64,000 nt of DNA from Squalus acanthias (lineage: Eukaryota), in assembly GCA_030390025.1 (NCBI GenBank), contig CM059432.1:310001-374000 (forward strand), given 5' to 3'. Below the pieces are notes generated by a model. The model saw nothing but the letters and a program-made list of their open reading frames with translations, made no database searches and was not told the DNA's origin. Each line of letters starts with the position of its first letter. Within the stretch, counting starts at the first letter, position 1. The translations under genes were made by a program, and so were the position numbers. Shown here one piece after another: positions 1 through 12,058 of the stretch.

Positions 1-285
1 GCTCCTCCAATTCTGGCCTCTTGAGGATCCCCGATTTCCATCGCTCCACCATTGGCAGCCGTGCCTTCAGCTGCCTGGGCCCCAAGCTCTGGAATTCCCT
101 CCCTAAACCTCTCCTCCTCTCTCTCCTCCTTTAAGACGCTCCTTAAAACTTCCCTCTTTGACCAAGTTTTAGGTCACCTGCCCTAATACGTGTCTTGGTG
201 TCAAATTTGTGTCTTAAAATACTCCTGTGAAGCGCCTTGGGACGTTTTACTAGGTTAAAGGCGCTGTATAAATACAAGTTGTTGT
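1..285 (+). mobile_element. 3' end of an L2-type LINE
   Basis: Encodes TIGSRAFSCLGPKLWNSLP, typical of an L2 ORF2 C-terminus, then the tail gtgaagcgccttgggacg...aaaggcgctgtataaatacaagttgttg. The same tail type ends the DeuSINE-type SINEs in this window. Confidence 0.7.
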
Positions 286-544
286 GCTGATGTGAGGCTA
301 ACTGGTGAGTCGATGCCTGGGTGTCTTCATTTCCCCTTCGTTGAATGGGCTGTAACACTCACCAACCTCCGGTCCTGTGTTACAAATGCCGACTCCTACG
401 AGTGTTGTAAGTTTGTTGTTTGTGGTTCTGCTATTTCATCACAAACCACTGTGCTGCTGGGCTCAGTATCATGCCCTTATATGTAGAAGTCACCGTACTG
501 TGCAACGTCAGGAAACTGAAGTCAATCAATCCGCTAATTTGTTG

Positions 545-3500
545 TAACATTTACCACGAAAACTGCCGGATTGTCGTAAAAACCCAACTGGGGGGTCACT
601 CACGTCCTTCAGGGTAGGGAACTTGCCACCCCCACCCGGACTGAGCCTACATGTGACTCCAGTCCCACTCTACCGAGTTAACTCTTAATTGCCTCTGAAG
701 TGGCCTAGCCAGTCACTCAATCGCTGCAGAACTGAACCGTGAATTAACCAGACATTGTATCAGAATAAGCCTCAGGCACTCTCAGCCCAGTCGACCCTGT
801 AAAGTCCTCCTCACCAACATCTGGGGACTTGTGCCAAAATTGGGAGAGCTGTCCCACAGACTAGTCAAGCAACAGCCTGACATAGTCATACTCACAGAAT
901 CATACCTTTCAGCCAATGTCCCAAACTCCTCCATCACCATCCCTGGGTATGTCCTGTCCCACCGGCAGGACAGACCCACCAGGGGTGGCGGCACAGTGGT
1001 ATACAGTCAGGAAGGAGTGGCCCTGGGAGTTCCCAACATTGACTCCGGACCCCATGAAGTCTCATGGCTTCAGTCAAGCATGTGCAAGGAAACCTCCTGC
1101 TGATTACCACCTACCGCCCTCCCTCAGCTGATGAATCAGTACTCCTCCATGTTGAACACCATTTGGAAGAAGCACTGAGAGTAGCAAGGGCACAGAATGT
1201 ACTCTGGGTGGGGGACTTCAATGTCCATCACCAAGACTGGCTCGATAGCACCACTACTGACCAAGCTGGCCGAGTCCTGAAAGACATAGCTGCCAGACTG
1301 GGCCTGCGACAGGTGGTGAGAGAACCAACACGAGGGAAAAACCTACTTGACCTCGTCCTCACCAATCTACCTGTCGCAGATGCATCTGTCCATGACAGCA
1401 TTGGTAGCAGTGACCACTGCACAGTCATTGTGGAGACAAAGTCCCGTCTTCACACTGAGGACACCCTCCACCGTGCTAAATGGGATAGATTCAGAACAGA
1501 TCTAGCAACTCAAAACTGGGCATCCATGAGGCGCTGTGGGCCATCAGCAGCAGCAGAATTGTATTCCACCACAATCTGTAACCTCATGGCCCGGCATATC
1601 CCTCACTCTACCATTACCATCAAGCCAGGGGACCAACCCTGGTTCAATAAGGAGTGCAGAAGAGCATGCCAGGAGCAGCACCAGGCATACCTAAAAATGA
1701 GGCGCCAACCTGGGGAAGCTGCAACACAGGACTACATGCATGCTAAAAAGCAGAAGCAGCATGCTATAGATAGGGCTAAGAGATCCCACAATCAACGGAT
1801 CAGATCAAAGCTCTGCAGTCCTGCCACATCCAGTCGCGAATGGTGGTGGACCATTAAACAACTAACGGGAGGAGGAGGCTCCATGAATATTCCCATCCTC
1901 AATGATGGTGGAGCCCAGCACGTGAGTGCAAAAGACAAGGCTGAAGCGTTTGCAACCATCTTCAGCCAGAAGTGCCGAGTGGATGATACATATCGGCCTT
2001 CTCCTGAGGTCCCCATCATCACAGAAGCCAGTCTTCAGCCAATTCGATTCACTCCACGTGATATCAAGAAACGGCTGAGTGCACTGGATACAGCAAAGGA
2101 CTATGGGCCCTGACAACATCCCGACTGTCGTGCTGAAGACTTGTGCTCCAGAACTAGCCGCGCCTCTAGCCAAGCAGTTCCAGTACAACTACAAGAGATT
2201 AGCGTGCAAAGTTAAAGCACATGGGATTGGGGGTAAGGTACTGATTTGGATAGAGAACTGGTTGGCAGACAGGAAGCAAAGAGTTGGAATAAATGGGTCT
2301 TTTTCCGAGTGGCAGGCAGTGACTGGTGGGGTACCGCAGGGATCGGTGCTAGGACCCCAGCTATTCACAATATATATTAATGATCTAGACGAGGGAACTA
2401 GATGTATTATCTCTAAGTTTGCAGACGACACAAAGCTGGGTGGGCGTGTGTGCTGTGAGGAGGATGCAGAGAAACTCCAGTATGATTTGGACAGTTTGGG
2501 TGATTGGGCAGATGCATGGCAGATGCAGTATAATGTGGATAAATGCGAGGTTATCCACTTTGGTGGCAAAAACAGGAAGACAGGTTATTATCTGAACGGC
2601 AATAGATTGGGAAAAGGGGAAGTGCAATGAGATCTGGGAGTCCTTGTGCACCAGTCGCTGAAGGTAAGCATGCAGGTGCAGCAGGCAGTTAAGAAGGCAA
2701 ATGGTATGTTGGCTTTCACAGCGAGAGGATTCGAGTACAGGAGCAAGGATGTCTTGCTGCAGTTGTACAAGGCCTTGGTGAGACCACACCTTGAGTGTTG
2801 TGTGCAGTTTTGGTCGCCTTATCTGAGGAAGGATGTTCTTGCCATGGAGGCAGTGCAGCGAAGATTCACCAGACTGATACCTGGGATGGCAGGAATGACG
2901 TATGAGGAGAGATTGGGTCGATTAGGCTTATATTCGCTAGAGTTTAGAAGAATGAGAGGGGATCTCACTAAAACTTATAAAATTCTAACAGGACTAGACA
3001 GACTAGATGCAGGAAGGATGTTCCCGATGGCGGTGGAGTCCAGAACCAGGGGTCACAGTCTAAGGATAAGGGGTAAGCCATTTAGGACTGAGATGAGGAG
3101 GAATTTCTTCACCCAGAGAGTGGTGAACCTGTGGAATTCTCTACCACAGAAGGCAGTTGAGGTCAATTCATTAAATATATTCAAGAAGGAGATAGATATA
3201 TTTCTTAAGGCTAAAGGGATCAAGGGATATGGGGAGAAAGCAGGGACAGGGTACTGAATTTGGGTGATCAGCCATGATCTCATTAAATGGTGGAGCAGGC
3301 TCGAGGGGTCGAATGGCCTACTCCTGCTCCTATCTTCTATGCTTCTATGCTTCTATACAACACTGATATCTATCCGACAATGTGGAAAACTGCCCAGGTA
3401 TGTCCTGTCCACAAAAAGCAGGACAAATCCAATCTGGCCAATTACTGCCGCATAAGCCTACTCTCAATCATCAGCAAAGTGACAGTGCTATCACGCGGCA

Positions 3501-4770
3501 CTTACTCACCAATAACCTGCTCATTGATGCCAGAGCCACTCGGCTCCAGACCTCATTACAGCCTTGGTCCAAACATGGACAAAGAAGCTGAATTCCAGAG
3601 GTGAGGTGAGAGTGACTGCCCTTGACATCAAGACAGCATTTGACCGAGTGTGGCATCAAGGAGCCCTAGTAAAACTGAAGTCAATGGGAATCAGGGAGCA
3701 AACTCTCCACTGGCTGGAGTCATACCTAGCACAAAGGAAGATGGTTGTGGTGGTTGGAGGTCAATCATCACAGGCCCAGGACATCACTGCAGGAGTTCCT
3801 CAGGGCAGTGTCCTAGGCCCAACCATCTTCAGCTGCTTCATCAATGACCTTCCCTCCAACATAAGGTCAGAAATGGGGAAGTTCGCTGATGACTGCACAG
3901 TGTTCAGCGCCATTCACAACTCCTCAGATAATGAAGCAGTCCATGCCCGCACGCAACAAGACCTGGACGACATTTAGGCTTGGGCTGATAAGTGGCAAGT
4001 AACATTCGCGCCACACAAGTGCCAGGCAATGACTTTCTCCAACAAGTGAGAGTCTAACCACCGCCCCTTGAAATTCAACGGCATTACTACCGCCGAATCC
4101 CCCACCATCAACATCCTGGGGGTCACCATTGACCAGAAGCTTTACTGGACCAGCCACATAAATACTGTGGCAACAAGAGCAGGTCAGAGGCTGGGTATTC
4201 TGCGGTGAGTGTCTCACCTCCTGACTCCCCAAAGCCTTTCCACCATCTGCAAGGCACAAGTAAGGGGTGTGATGGAATACTCTCCACTTGTCTGGATGAG
4301 TACAGGCTCCAACAACACTCAAGAATCTCGACCCCATCCAGGCCAAAGCAGCCCATTTGATTGGCACCCCATCCACCACCTTAAACATTCACTCCCTCCA
4401 CCACCGGTGTACCGTGGCTGCAGTGTGTACCATCTACAAGATGCACTGCAGCAACTCGCCAAGGCTTCTTCGGCAGCACCTCCCAAACCAGCGACCTCTA
4501 CCACCTAGAAGGACAAGGGCAGCAGGCGAATGGGAAAACCACCACCTCCAAGTCACGCACCATCCTGATTTAGAAGTATATCGGCCGATCCTTCATCGTC
4601 GCTGGGTCAAAATCCTGGAACTCCCTCCCTAACAGCACTGTGGGAGCACCTTCACCACACGGACTGCAGCGGTTCAAGAAGGTGGCTCACCACCACCTTC
4701 TCAACGGCGATTAGGAATGGGCAATAAATGCCGGCATTGCCAGCGACGCCCAGATCCTATGAACGATTAA
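545..4770 (+). mobile_element. Near full-length, decayed CR1-group (Zenon-like) LINE, 'family A', interrupted by a CR1 at 2191-3353
   Basis: APE motifs NIWGL, LTESYL, YRPP, GDFN, LDLVLTN and SDH (ORFs 831..1103, 1064..2113). RT motifs [28 protein letters not shown] and FADD (3564..3977). C-terminus SLHHRCTVAAVCTIYKMH and an A-rich tail near 4770. Frameshifts and stops are present. Confidence 0.8.
2191..3353 (+). mobile_element. 5'-truncated CR1 LINE (family B)
   Basis: [21 protein letters not shown] and NFFTQRVVNLWNSLP motifs; 3' tail (ttctatgc)n. The host family-A reading frame resumes after it. Confidence 0.9.
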
Positions 4771-4831
4771 AACAAAATAACCATCACAGGCACAATGGGC
4801 CGAATGGCCTCCTTCTGTGCTGTAAGATTTT

Positions 4832-7640
4832 GGGGGTTACCTTGGCCAAAGGTGAAAACAGGCGCTAAATGGGTGCAGTGCTAATAAGACACGCCTGTCT
4901 GAAAGTCTGCTTTTAGCTCACAATTTTGGTCCTAATTGCTGATTACCGTAGTTTGAACTTGCCTGGAGGCTTAACCAGACACCTGCATGTTTCGCATTCA
5001 AGTGCTGATTAGACGCAATTTTCGCGGAGCCGTAAATGTGGCTCCTCGCACCCGCTTCCAATGAAGGTGTGGAGTGCGCTGGCTGGCACACAGTGGCACG
5101 TTGCAGGATGGCTCAGGGACCGAGGGAGAGGGGGCACAGGTTCTCGGACATGGCACTGGAGGTCTTGGTGGTGAAGGTCCAGAGCAGGAGGGGTGTCCTG
5201 TACCCGCAGGGGGGTTGCACGCCACCTCTCCCTCCTCGCCCTCCTCTCCCTCCTCGCCCTCCTCATCCTCCTCTCCCTCCTCTCCCTCCTCGCCCTCCTC
5301 ATCCTCCTCTCCCTCCTCGCCCTCCTCTCCCTTCTCACCCACCTCTCCCTCCTCTCCCTCCTCTCCCTCCTCGCCCACCTCTCCCTCCTCTCCCTCCTCG
5401 CCCACCTCTCCCTCCTCTCCCTCCTCTCCCTCCTCGCTCTCCTCTCCCTCCTCTCCCTCCACTCCCTCCTCTCCCTCCTCTCCCTCCTCATCCTCCTCTC
5501 CCTCGTCCTCCTCTCCCTCCTCTCCCTCCTCTCCCTCCTCACCCACCTCTCCCTCCTCTCCCTCCTCTCCCTCCTCTCCTTCCTCTCCCTCCTCTCCCTC
5601 CTCTCCCTCCTCTCCTTCCTCTCCCTCCTCTCCCTCCTCACCCTCCTCTCCCTCCTCTCCCTCCTCTCCTTCCACTCCCTCCTCTCCCTCCTCGCCCTCC
5701 TCTCCCTCCTCTCCCTCCTCTCCCTCCTCCCTCTTCTCCCTCCTCTCCTTCCTCTCCCTCCTCTCCCTCCTTCCTTCCTCACCCTCCTCGCCCTCCTCTC
5801 CCTCCTCGCCCTCCTCTCCCTCCTCTCCCTCCTCATCCTCCTCTCCCTCCTCTCCCTCCTCTCCCTCCTCTCCCTCCTCGCCCTCCTCGCCCTCCTCTCC
5901 CTCCTCTCCCTCCTCATCCTCCTCTCCCTCCTCTCCCTCCTCTCCCTCCTCTCCCTCCTCTCCTTCCTCGCCCTCCTCGCCCTCCTCTCCCTCCTCTCCC
6001 TCCTCTCCCTCCTCTCCCTCCTCATCCTCCTCTCCCTCCTCTCCCTCCTCTCCTTCCTCTCCCTCCTCTCCCTCCTCTCCCTCCTCTCCCTCCTCTCCTT
6101 CCTCTCCTTCCTCATCCTCCTCTCCCTCCTCTCCCTCCTCTCCCTCCTCTCCTTCCTCTCCCTCCTCTCCCTCCTCTCCCTCCTCTCCCTCCTCTCCCTC
6201 CTCTCCTTCCTCGCCCTCCTCTCTTTCCTCTCCCTCCTCTCCCTCCTCTCCCTCCTCTCCTCCTCATCCTTCTCTCCCTCCTCTCCCTCTTCTCCCTACT
6301 CTCCCTCCTCGCCCTCCTCTCCCTCCTCTCCCTCCTCTCCTTCCTCTCCCTCCTCTCCCTCCTCATCCTCCTCTCCCTCCTCTCCCTCCTCTCCCTCCTC
6401 TCCCTCCTCTCCTTCCTCTCCTTCCTCTCCCTCCTCTCCCTCCTCGCCCTCCTCTCCCTCCTCTCCCTCCTCACCCTCCTCTCCCTCCATGTCCTCCTCT
6501 CCCTCCTCTCCTTCCTCTCCTTCCTCTCCCTCCTCTCCCTCCTCGCCCTCCTCTCCCTCCTCTCCCTCCTCACCCTCCTCTCCCTCCTCGTCCTCCTCTC
6601 CCTCCTCTCCTTCCTCTCCTTCCTCTCCCTCCTGTCCCTCCTCTCCCTCCTCTCCCTCCTCAACCTCCTCGCCCTCCTCTCCCTCCTCTCCCTCCTCACC
6701 CTCCTCGCCCTCCTCATCCTCCTCTCCCTCCTCTCCCTCCTCTCCCTCCTTGCCCTCCTCTCCCTCCTCACCCTCCTCGCCCTCCTCTCCCTCCTCGCCC
6801 TCCTCTCCCTCCTCTCCTTCCTCTCCTTCCTCTCCTTCCTCTCCCTCCTCTCCCTCCTCGCCCTCCTCTCCCTCCTCTCCCTCCTCGCCCTCCTCGCCCT
6901 CCTCACCCTCCTCGCCCTCCTCTCCCTCCTCTCCCTCCTCACCCTCCTCGCCCTCCTCTCCCTCCTCGCCCTCCTCTCCTTCCTCTCCCTCCTCTCCCTC
7001 CTCTCCCTCCTCGCCCTCCTCTCCCTCCTCACCCTCCTCGCCCTCCTCTCCCTCCTCTCCCTCCTCTCCTTCCTCTCCCTCCTCTCCTTCCTCTCCCTCC
7101 TCTCCCTCCTCTCCCTCCTCGTCCTCCTCTCCCTCCTCTCCCTCCTCTCCCTCCTCTCCTTCCTCTCCCTCCTCTCCTTCCTCTCCCTCCTCTCCCTCCT
7201 CTCCCTCCTCGTCCTCCTCTCCCTCCTCTCCCTCCTCGCCCTCCTCTCCTTCCTCTCCTTCCTCTCCCTCCTCGCCCTCCTCTCCCTCCTCTCCCTCCTC
7301 TCCCTCCTCTCCCTCCTCGCCCTCCTTGGCCTCCTCTCCCTCCTCTCCCTCCTCTCCCTCCTCGCCCTCCTCGCCCTCCTCTCCCTCCTCGCCCTCCTCT
7401 CCCTCCTCACCCTCCTCGCCCTCCTCGCCCTCCACTCCCTCCTCTCCCTCCTCTCCCTCCTGTCCCGCTCTCCTGCAGCAGTTGGTGCTGCTCTGCCTGG
7501 CCTCATGTCCTCCTCCCATTCCTCATCCAGACCAAGGGGGACCCCTAGAAAGATGCCCATGACCAAGAACTCCTTTTCCCCTGGTGACTCCTATCAGGTG
7601 TCCAATCAGGTGGCGTGGCTCAGCACACACTCTTTTTAGG
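4832..7640. mobile_element. Internally deleted PIF/Harbinger-derived element containing an expanded 9-bp array
   Basis: Plus-strand ATG at 5108 gives MAQGPRERGHRFSDMALEVLVVKVQSRRGVLYP, homologous to the Myb/SANT starts at 8286 and 41686. Minus-strand ATG at 7560 gives MGIFLGVPLGLDEEWEED..., at the position expected for a convergent transposase start. No matching TIR pair found. Confidence 0.55.
5224..7460. repeat. About 2.2-kb polypyrimidine tandem array, 9-bp unit CCTCCTCTC (roughly 250 units) with variants such as CCTCCTCGC and CTTCCTCTC
   Basis: Read directly; it generates the low-complexity PPL/SSP/LLS and EEG/RRE ORFs in the ORF track. Confidence 0.97.
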
Positions 7641-8752
7641 TGAAGTCCTCAGAGAATTTATGGAAAAAATGTGGATAGAATGTGAAGTATTACATTTTGG
7701 TAGGAATAATAGGGAGGTCACTTATTACTTGGAGGGTGCGAGTCTAGATGGGGTAGAGGAACAAAGGGATCTCGGAGTACAAATACACAAATTATTAAAA
7801 GTTGCGACACAGGTTAGCAAGGCCATAAAAAAAGCAAACCAGGCACTAGGGTTTATTTCTAGAGGGATAGAATTGAAAAGTAGGGAAGTTATGCTAAACC
7901 TGTATCGAACCTTGGTTAGACCGCACTTAGGGGGGAAAATTAGGTATCGGCCATTTTGGGACGCTAATATCGGCCGGGCGCAAAATTTAGCGCCCGACGC
8001 AAATTATCACCAGTGACCGGGAAATTAGTCTCCAGTGCTCCTGGAGGTGATTGGAGCGTTAAATCAAGCGCTACACACCTCTCTTAGGGCGCTAACGTCG
8101 GGGAACGGGGCGCTACCTCAGAACGCTACTCAAGCTCAGGCGATGTCAATCACCCAGTCCTCAGACAGACTGCCGTCGTCCAGGTCTTAAAGGGGAGGGT
8201 CAATGATGCTGCATAGCCTCACCCTGATCATTGCAGCGTTTGACCTGGGCCTGCAAGGAGGTGCAAATCTTCAACAATGATTATCATGGCTGCTCAGAGG
8301 CCCAGGGAGAGAGCTCGCCGGTTTAGCGACCAGGCATTGGTGGCTCTGGTTGTGGCTGTGGAACGCCGACGGGCAGTGCTGCTCCCAGACACTGGCAGAA
8401 GGCCATTGCCGCAGGAGTTCACAAGGGTGTGGAGGGAGGTGGCCCATTACATAGAAACATAGAAGATAGGAGCAGGAGTAGGCCATTCGGCCCCTCGAGC
8501 CTGCCCCGCCATTCGATGAGATCATGGCTGATCATCCAAACTCAGTAATAACAACAGAAAACGCTGGAAAAACTCAGCAGGCCAGGCAGCATCCGTGGAG
8601 AGAGAAACAGAGTTAACGTTTCAGGTCGAAGACCTTTCGTCAGAACTGGAAAAAAGCAGGAAATGAAATAGATTTAAGGCCAGGATAAAGCTGAGAAAAG
8701 GGGGAGGGGATGAAAGAACAAAAGGAGAGATTAAGAGACATTGAGAGACATT

Positions 8753-9495
8753 GGGCCGAAAATTGATCCCGGGACGCGAGAGTACGCACTGCGTACTCTC
8801 GCGTATTCCCACTCCAATTGCCGGTTTTCTGCATGCCCTGCGCATGCGCTGAAAACCGGCAATTGCTCTTCCGAAAAGGGGGCGTGGCTTGAGTGCATCG
8901 CGTGCGCGCTACAGGCTGCGCGCACGCTGTGCACTTCATGCTTTGGACGCGCAGGTAAGTAGGGAAGATTTTGGAAATGTAAAAAGGAGGAGTAAGACCC
9001 GCTTTTAAGAAGGTAAGTAGTGAATTAAGTATTTTTTTGAATTTTTTTTTACAGGTATATCTTTTTTATAGACTTTAAAGACAGGTAAGTTTATTTTTAT
9101 AACTTTTTAAAAGATTTTAAATTTTTTCAAAAATTTAATTTTTTATTTAAAATGGTTAATTTAATTAACTATACTTATTTTATTAATGTGATGGTTTTTT
9201 TTAAAATTTAATTGAGGTTTAGCTGTTATTTTGGGGGGGTGTAAGATTCATAAGTCTCACAGCCATGCTGTGAGACTTATGAATGGAAGATGGTGTGCTG
9301 CCATTGGCTCTAACTGAGTCACGTGATCCCACAGCTCGCACGAATTAACTACGCCGCTGGGATACGCAAGCCCAGCACAGCTGATGTCTGGAACATCAAT
9401 TTCGTGCGAGCTGGATCAGAAAAAGCATAAGCGAGGTGAGAGATCGCGGGGAAGGCTTACCCCCGCGGGAACAGAGCGAGATCAATTTCTGGGCC
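8753..9495. mobile_element. Non-autonomous Harbinger-type MITE rich in internal hairpins
   Basis: TIRs gggccgaaaattgatcccg and cgagatcaatttctgggcc match at 15/19. ATT TSD at 8750-8752 and 9496-9498. The empty site is visible in the other pLTR copy (9762-9798, reverse complement). Confidence 0.8.
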
Positions 9496-9873
9496 ATTAA
9501 GAGATGATCAAGGCAAGGAGTATAAGGCAAGCACCTCATCTTTCGTTTAGGCACGCTACAGCCCTCTGGACTCAATATCGAGTTCAACAATTTTAGATCA
9601 TAACCTCGGCCCCCATCACATTTATATATTTTTTTTTCATCCACCCTTTTGTTTGCTCCCCCCCCCCTTTTTTTTCCCTCCTAGAAGCTGGCAGCTGTCC
9701 TTCATTCTGCCAGTGCATTTCACACTTCTTTTAGCCTCAACCTGTCACATTAACACCTCCTCTTGCCTTGATCATCTCTTAATGTCTCTTAATCTCTCCT
9801 TTTGTTCTTTCATCCCCTCCCCCTTTTCCCAGCTTTATCCTTGCCTTAAATCTATTTCATTTCCTGCTATTTC

Positions 9874-9912
9874 CAGTTCTGACGAAAGGTCTTCGACCTG
9901 AAACGTTAACTC
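9874..9912 (+). ncRNA. Minimal hammerhead ribozyme motif of the Penelope-like pLTR (inverted copy at about 8610-8648)
   Basis: agtt CTGACGA a AGGTC ttc GACCT GAAA cgtta act: core boxes CUGANGA and GAAA, a 5-bp stem II and a palindromic AACGTT stem III. Confidence 0.65.
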
Positions 9913-11524
9913 TGTTTCTCTCTCCACGGATGCTGCCTCGCCTGCTGAGTTTTTCCAGCGTTTTCTGTTGTTATTTCGGATTTCCAGCATCCGCAGTATT
10001 TTGCTATCCAAACTCAGTACCCTGTCCCTGCCTTCTCCCCATATCCCTTGATCCCTTTAGCCTTAAGAAATATATCTAACTTCTTCTTGAATATATTTAC
10101 TGACTTGGCCTCAACTGCCTTCTGTGGTAGAGAATTCCACAGGTTCACCACTCTCTGGGTGAAGAAATTCCTCCTCATCTCTGTCCTAAATGGCTTACCC
10201 CTTATCCTTAGTCTGTGACCCCTGGTTCTGGACTCCCCCGCCATCGGGAACATCCTTCCTGCATCCAGTCTGTCTAGCCCTGTTAGAATTTTATAAGTTT
10301 CAATGAGATCCCCTCTCATTCTTCTAAACTCCAGCGAGTATAAGCCCAATCGACCCAATCTCTCCTCGTACGTCATTCCTGCCATCCCAGGTATCGTCCA
10401 GGAGCCTGGTCCACAGGACTCCCACCCAGCGCCGCAAGATGTTCAACAACCTCACTCGGGTGGTCAGGGTGAGTAGATGCTTGAAATGCCTCTACATCCC
10501 ATCTCAACCTCACCCTGTGCACAGACGGTATAAACAGCCACATCCCCAACACTCACCCACCAGCTATGCCCATCTACTAAAAGTCACATCCACATCTCAC
10601 ACCTTGCAGACATTAACGGCTATTCAACTATGTTAGGCACATCTGCCAAACACATGGCTGCACACTCACTCACACGCTGTCTTTTTTCTTGCAGGCCAAG
10701 CTTTCTCATAACAGGAGGGAGCAACAATGCACGGGAGGAGGTCAGACGGAGCTGCACCCCGTCACAGCTGGAGGAGAGAGTTCACAGACTCATCGCGAGT
10801 CATGTCGTGGGCGCTTTGGCAGTCGGAGAGGTCGACCCCCTTGGGGACAGTAACAGTATGTTCATCATCTCTCTCTCATCTCTCATACCACTTCCCCTCA
10901 CAACACCAGCCTTTCCCACTCTCCATTTGACGATACTGTCTCCAGTCCTTGCTCCCTTCCTGCCCCCCTCCCCTCACGTTAAAGCCACTCTTGTGCCTTC
11001 CTGCTTTCAGATAGTGAGCCACCATCTGAGCAGCCGGTCCCGTAGCCTCCCAGTGGCAGCGACGCGGGAGAGGAGGAGGAACACCAATCCGGAGCCTCAC
11101 CGCCTGCGTCTCCCGAGGGCGAGACATCCGATACTGGGGCCACGCGTTCACTGGAGGGGAGCAGGGGGTTTGGAACTGATGTGGGTGAAGCTCCGGAACC
11201 CAGCGGGCTGCAGCAACGCCATGGGGGAAGGGAAGCTCGGGGGCCATCTCCCCGGAGGGTGAGTGCGTGCACAAGTTCTGCTGCACAGGACTCAGATGAG
11301 GACCTCGATATCGCGGCGATGACCACACAGGCGATGAGCATGCATACAGAGCTCATGGGTGTAATGGCAAGGGTGCCCGAGAGCATGGATGTACTGGCTA
11401 GGAGTGTGGAGCAGTCGCCACCAACACAGCTGTCATCTGTGCGCAAACCCTCGAGCCCATCCTTGCCTCCTTGCAGAGGATGGTTGACTTGCAGAGAGAA
11501 CGTGGGGTGACCCAGACTCCATGC

Positions 11525-12058
11525 CCCGTATCTAAGGAGGGATATACTTGCATTGGAGGCAGTTCAGAGAAGGTTCACTAGGTTGATTCCTGGGATGAAG
11601 GTGTTGTCTTATGAGAAAGGTTGAGCAGGTTGGGCCTATACTCATTGGAGTTTAGAAGAATGAGAGGTGATCTTATTGAAACATATAAGATACTGAGGGG
11701 CTCGACAGGGTAGATGCTGAGAGGATGTTTCCCCTCGTCGGGAAATCGAGAACTCGGGGGCACAGTTTCAGAATAAGGGGTCATCCATTTAAGACGGAGA
11801 TGAGGAGGAATTTCTTCTCTCAGAGGGTCGTGAATCTTTGGAATTCTCTGCCCCAGAGAGCTGTGGAAGCGGAGTCAGTGAATATATTCAAGGCGGAGAT
11901 TGACAGATATTTGAGCTACAAGGGAGTCAAGGGTTATGGGGAGCGGGCGGGAAAGTGGAGTTGAGGCCAAAATCGGATCAGCCATGATCTCATTGAATGG
12001 CGGAGCAGGCTCGAGGGGCCGAATGGCCGACTCCTGCTCCTATTTCTTATGTTCGTAT
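11525..12058 (+). mobile_element. 5'-truncated CR1 inserted in the Harbinger Myb gene
   Basis: ORF 11725..11964 is a CR1 C-terminus, followed by the CR1 3' UTR and tail. Confidence 0.88.

Larger units (their letters stand above)
8548..10005 (+). mobile_element. Penelope-like retroelement fragment with an inverted partial pLTR
   Basis: C-terminal KHLIFRLGTLQPSGLNIEFNNFRS* (about 9529-9603), typical of a PLE GIY-YIG end. 8548-8750 is the reverse complement of about 9780-9974. Flanked by a 14-bp duplication atccaaactcagta (8534-8547 and 10006-10019). Confidence 0.85.
8449..10391 (-). mobile_element. 5'-truncated CR1 (family B) inserted in Myb exon 1, itself split by a Penelope-like insert
   Basis: ORF 10014..10385 is nearly identical to the family B C-terminus. 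The 3' tail lies at 8449-8547. Confidence 0.9.

Noticed and set aside
4998..7639. Long ORFs (up to 867 aa) of PPL/SSP/LLS/EEG/RRE repeats resembling extensin or RPGR-ORF15-like proteins
   Set aside because: They are open in nearly all frames because the 9-bp unit has no stop codon, and the frames shift within the array. This is a repeat artefact.
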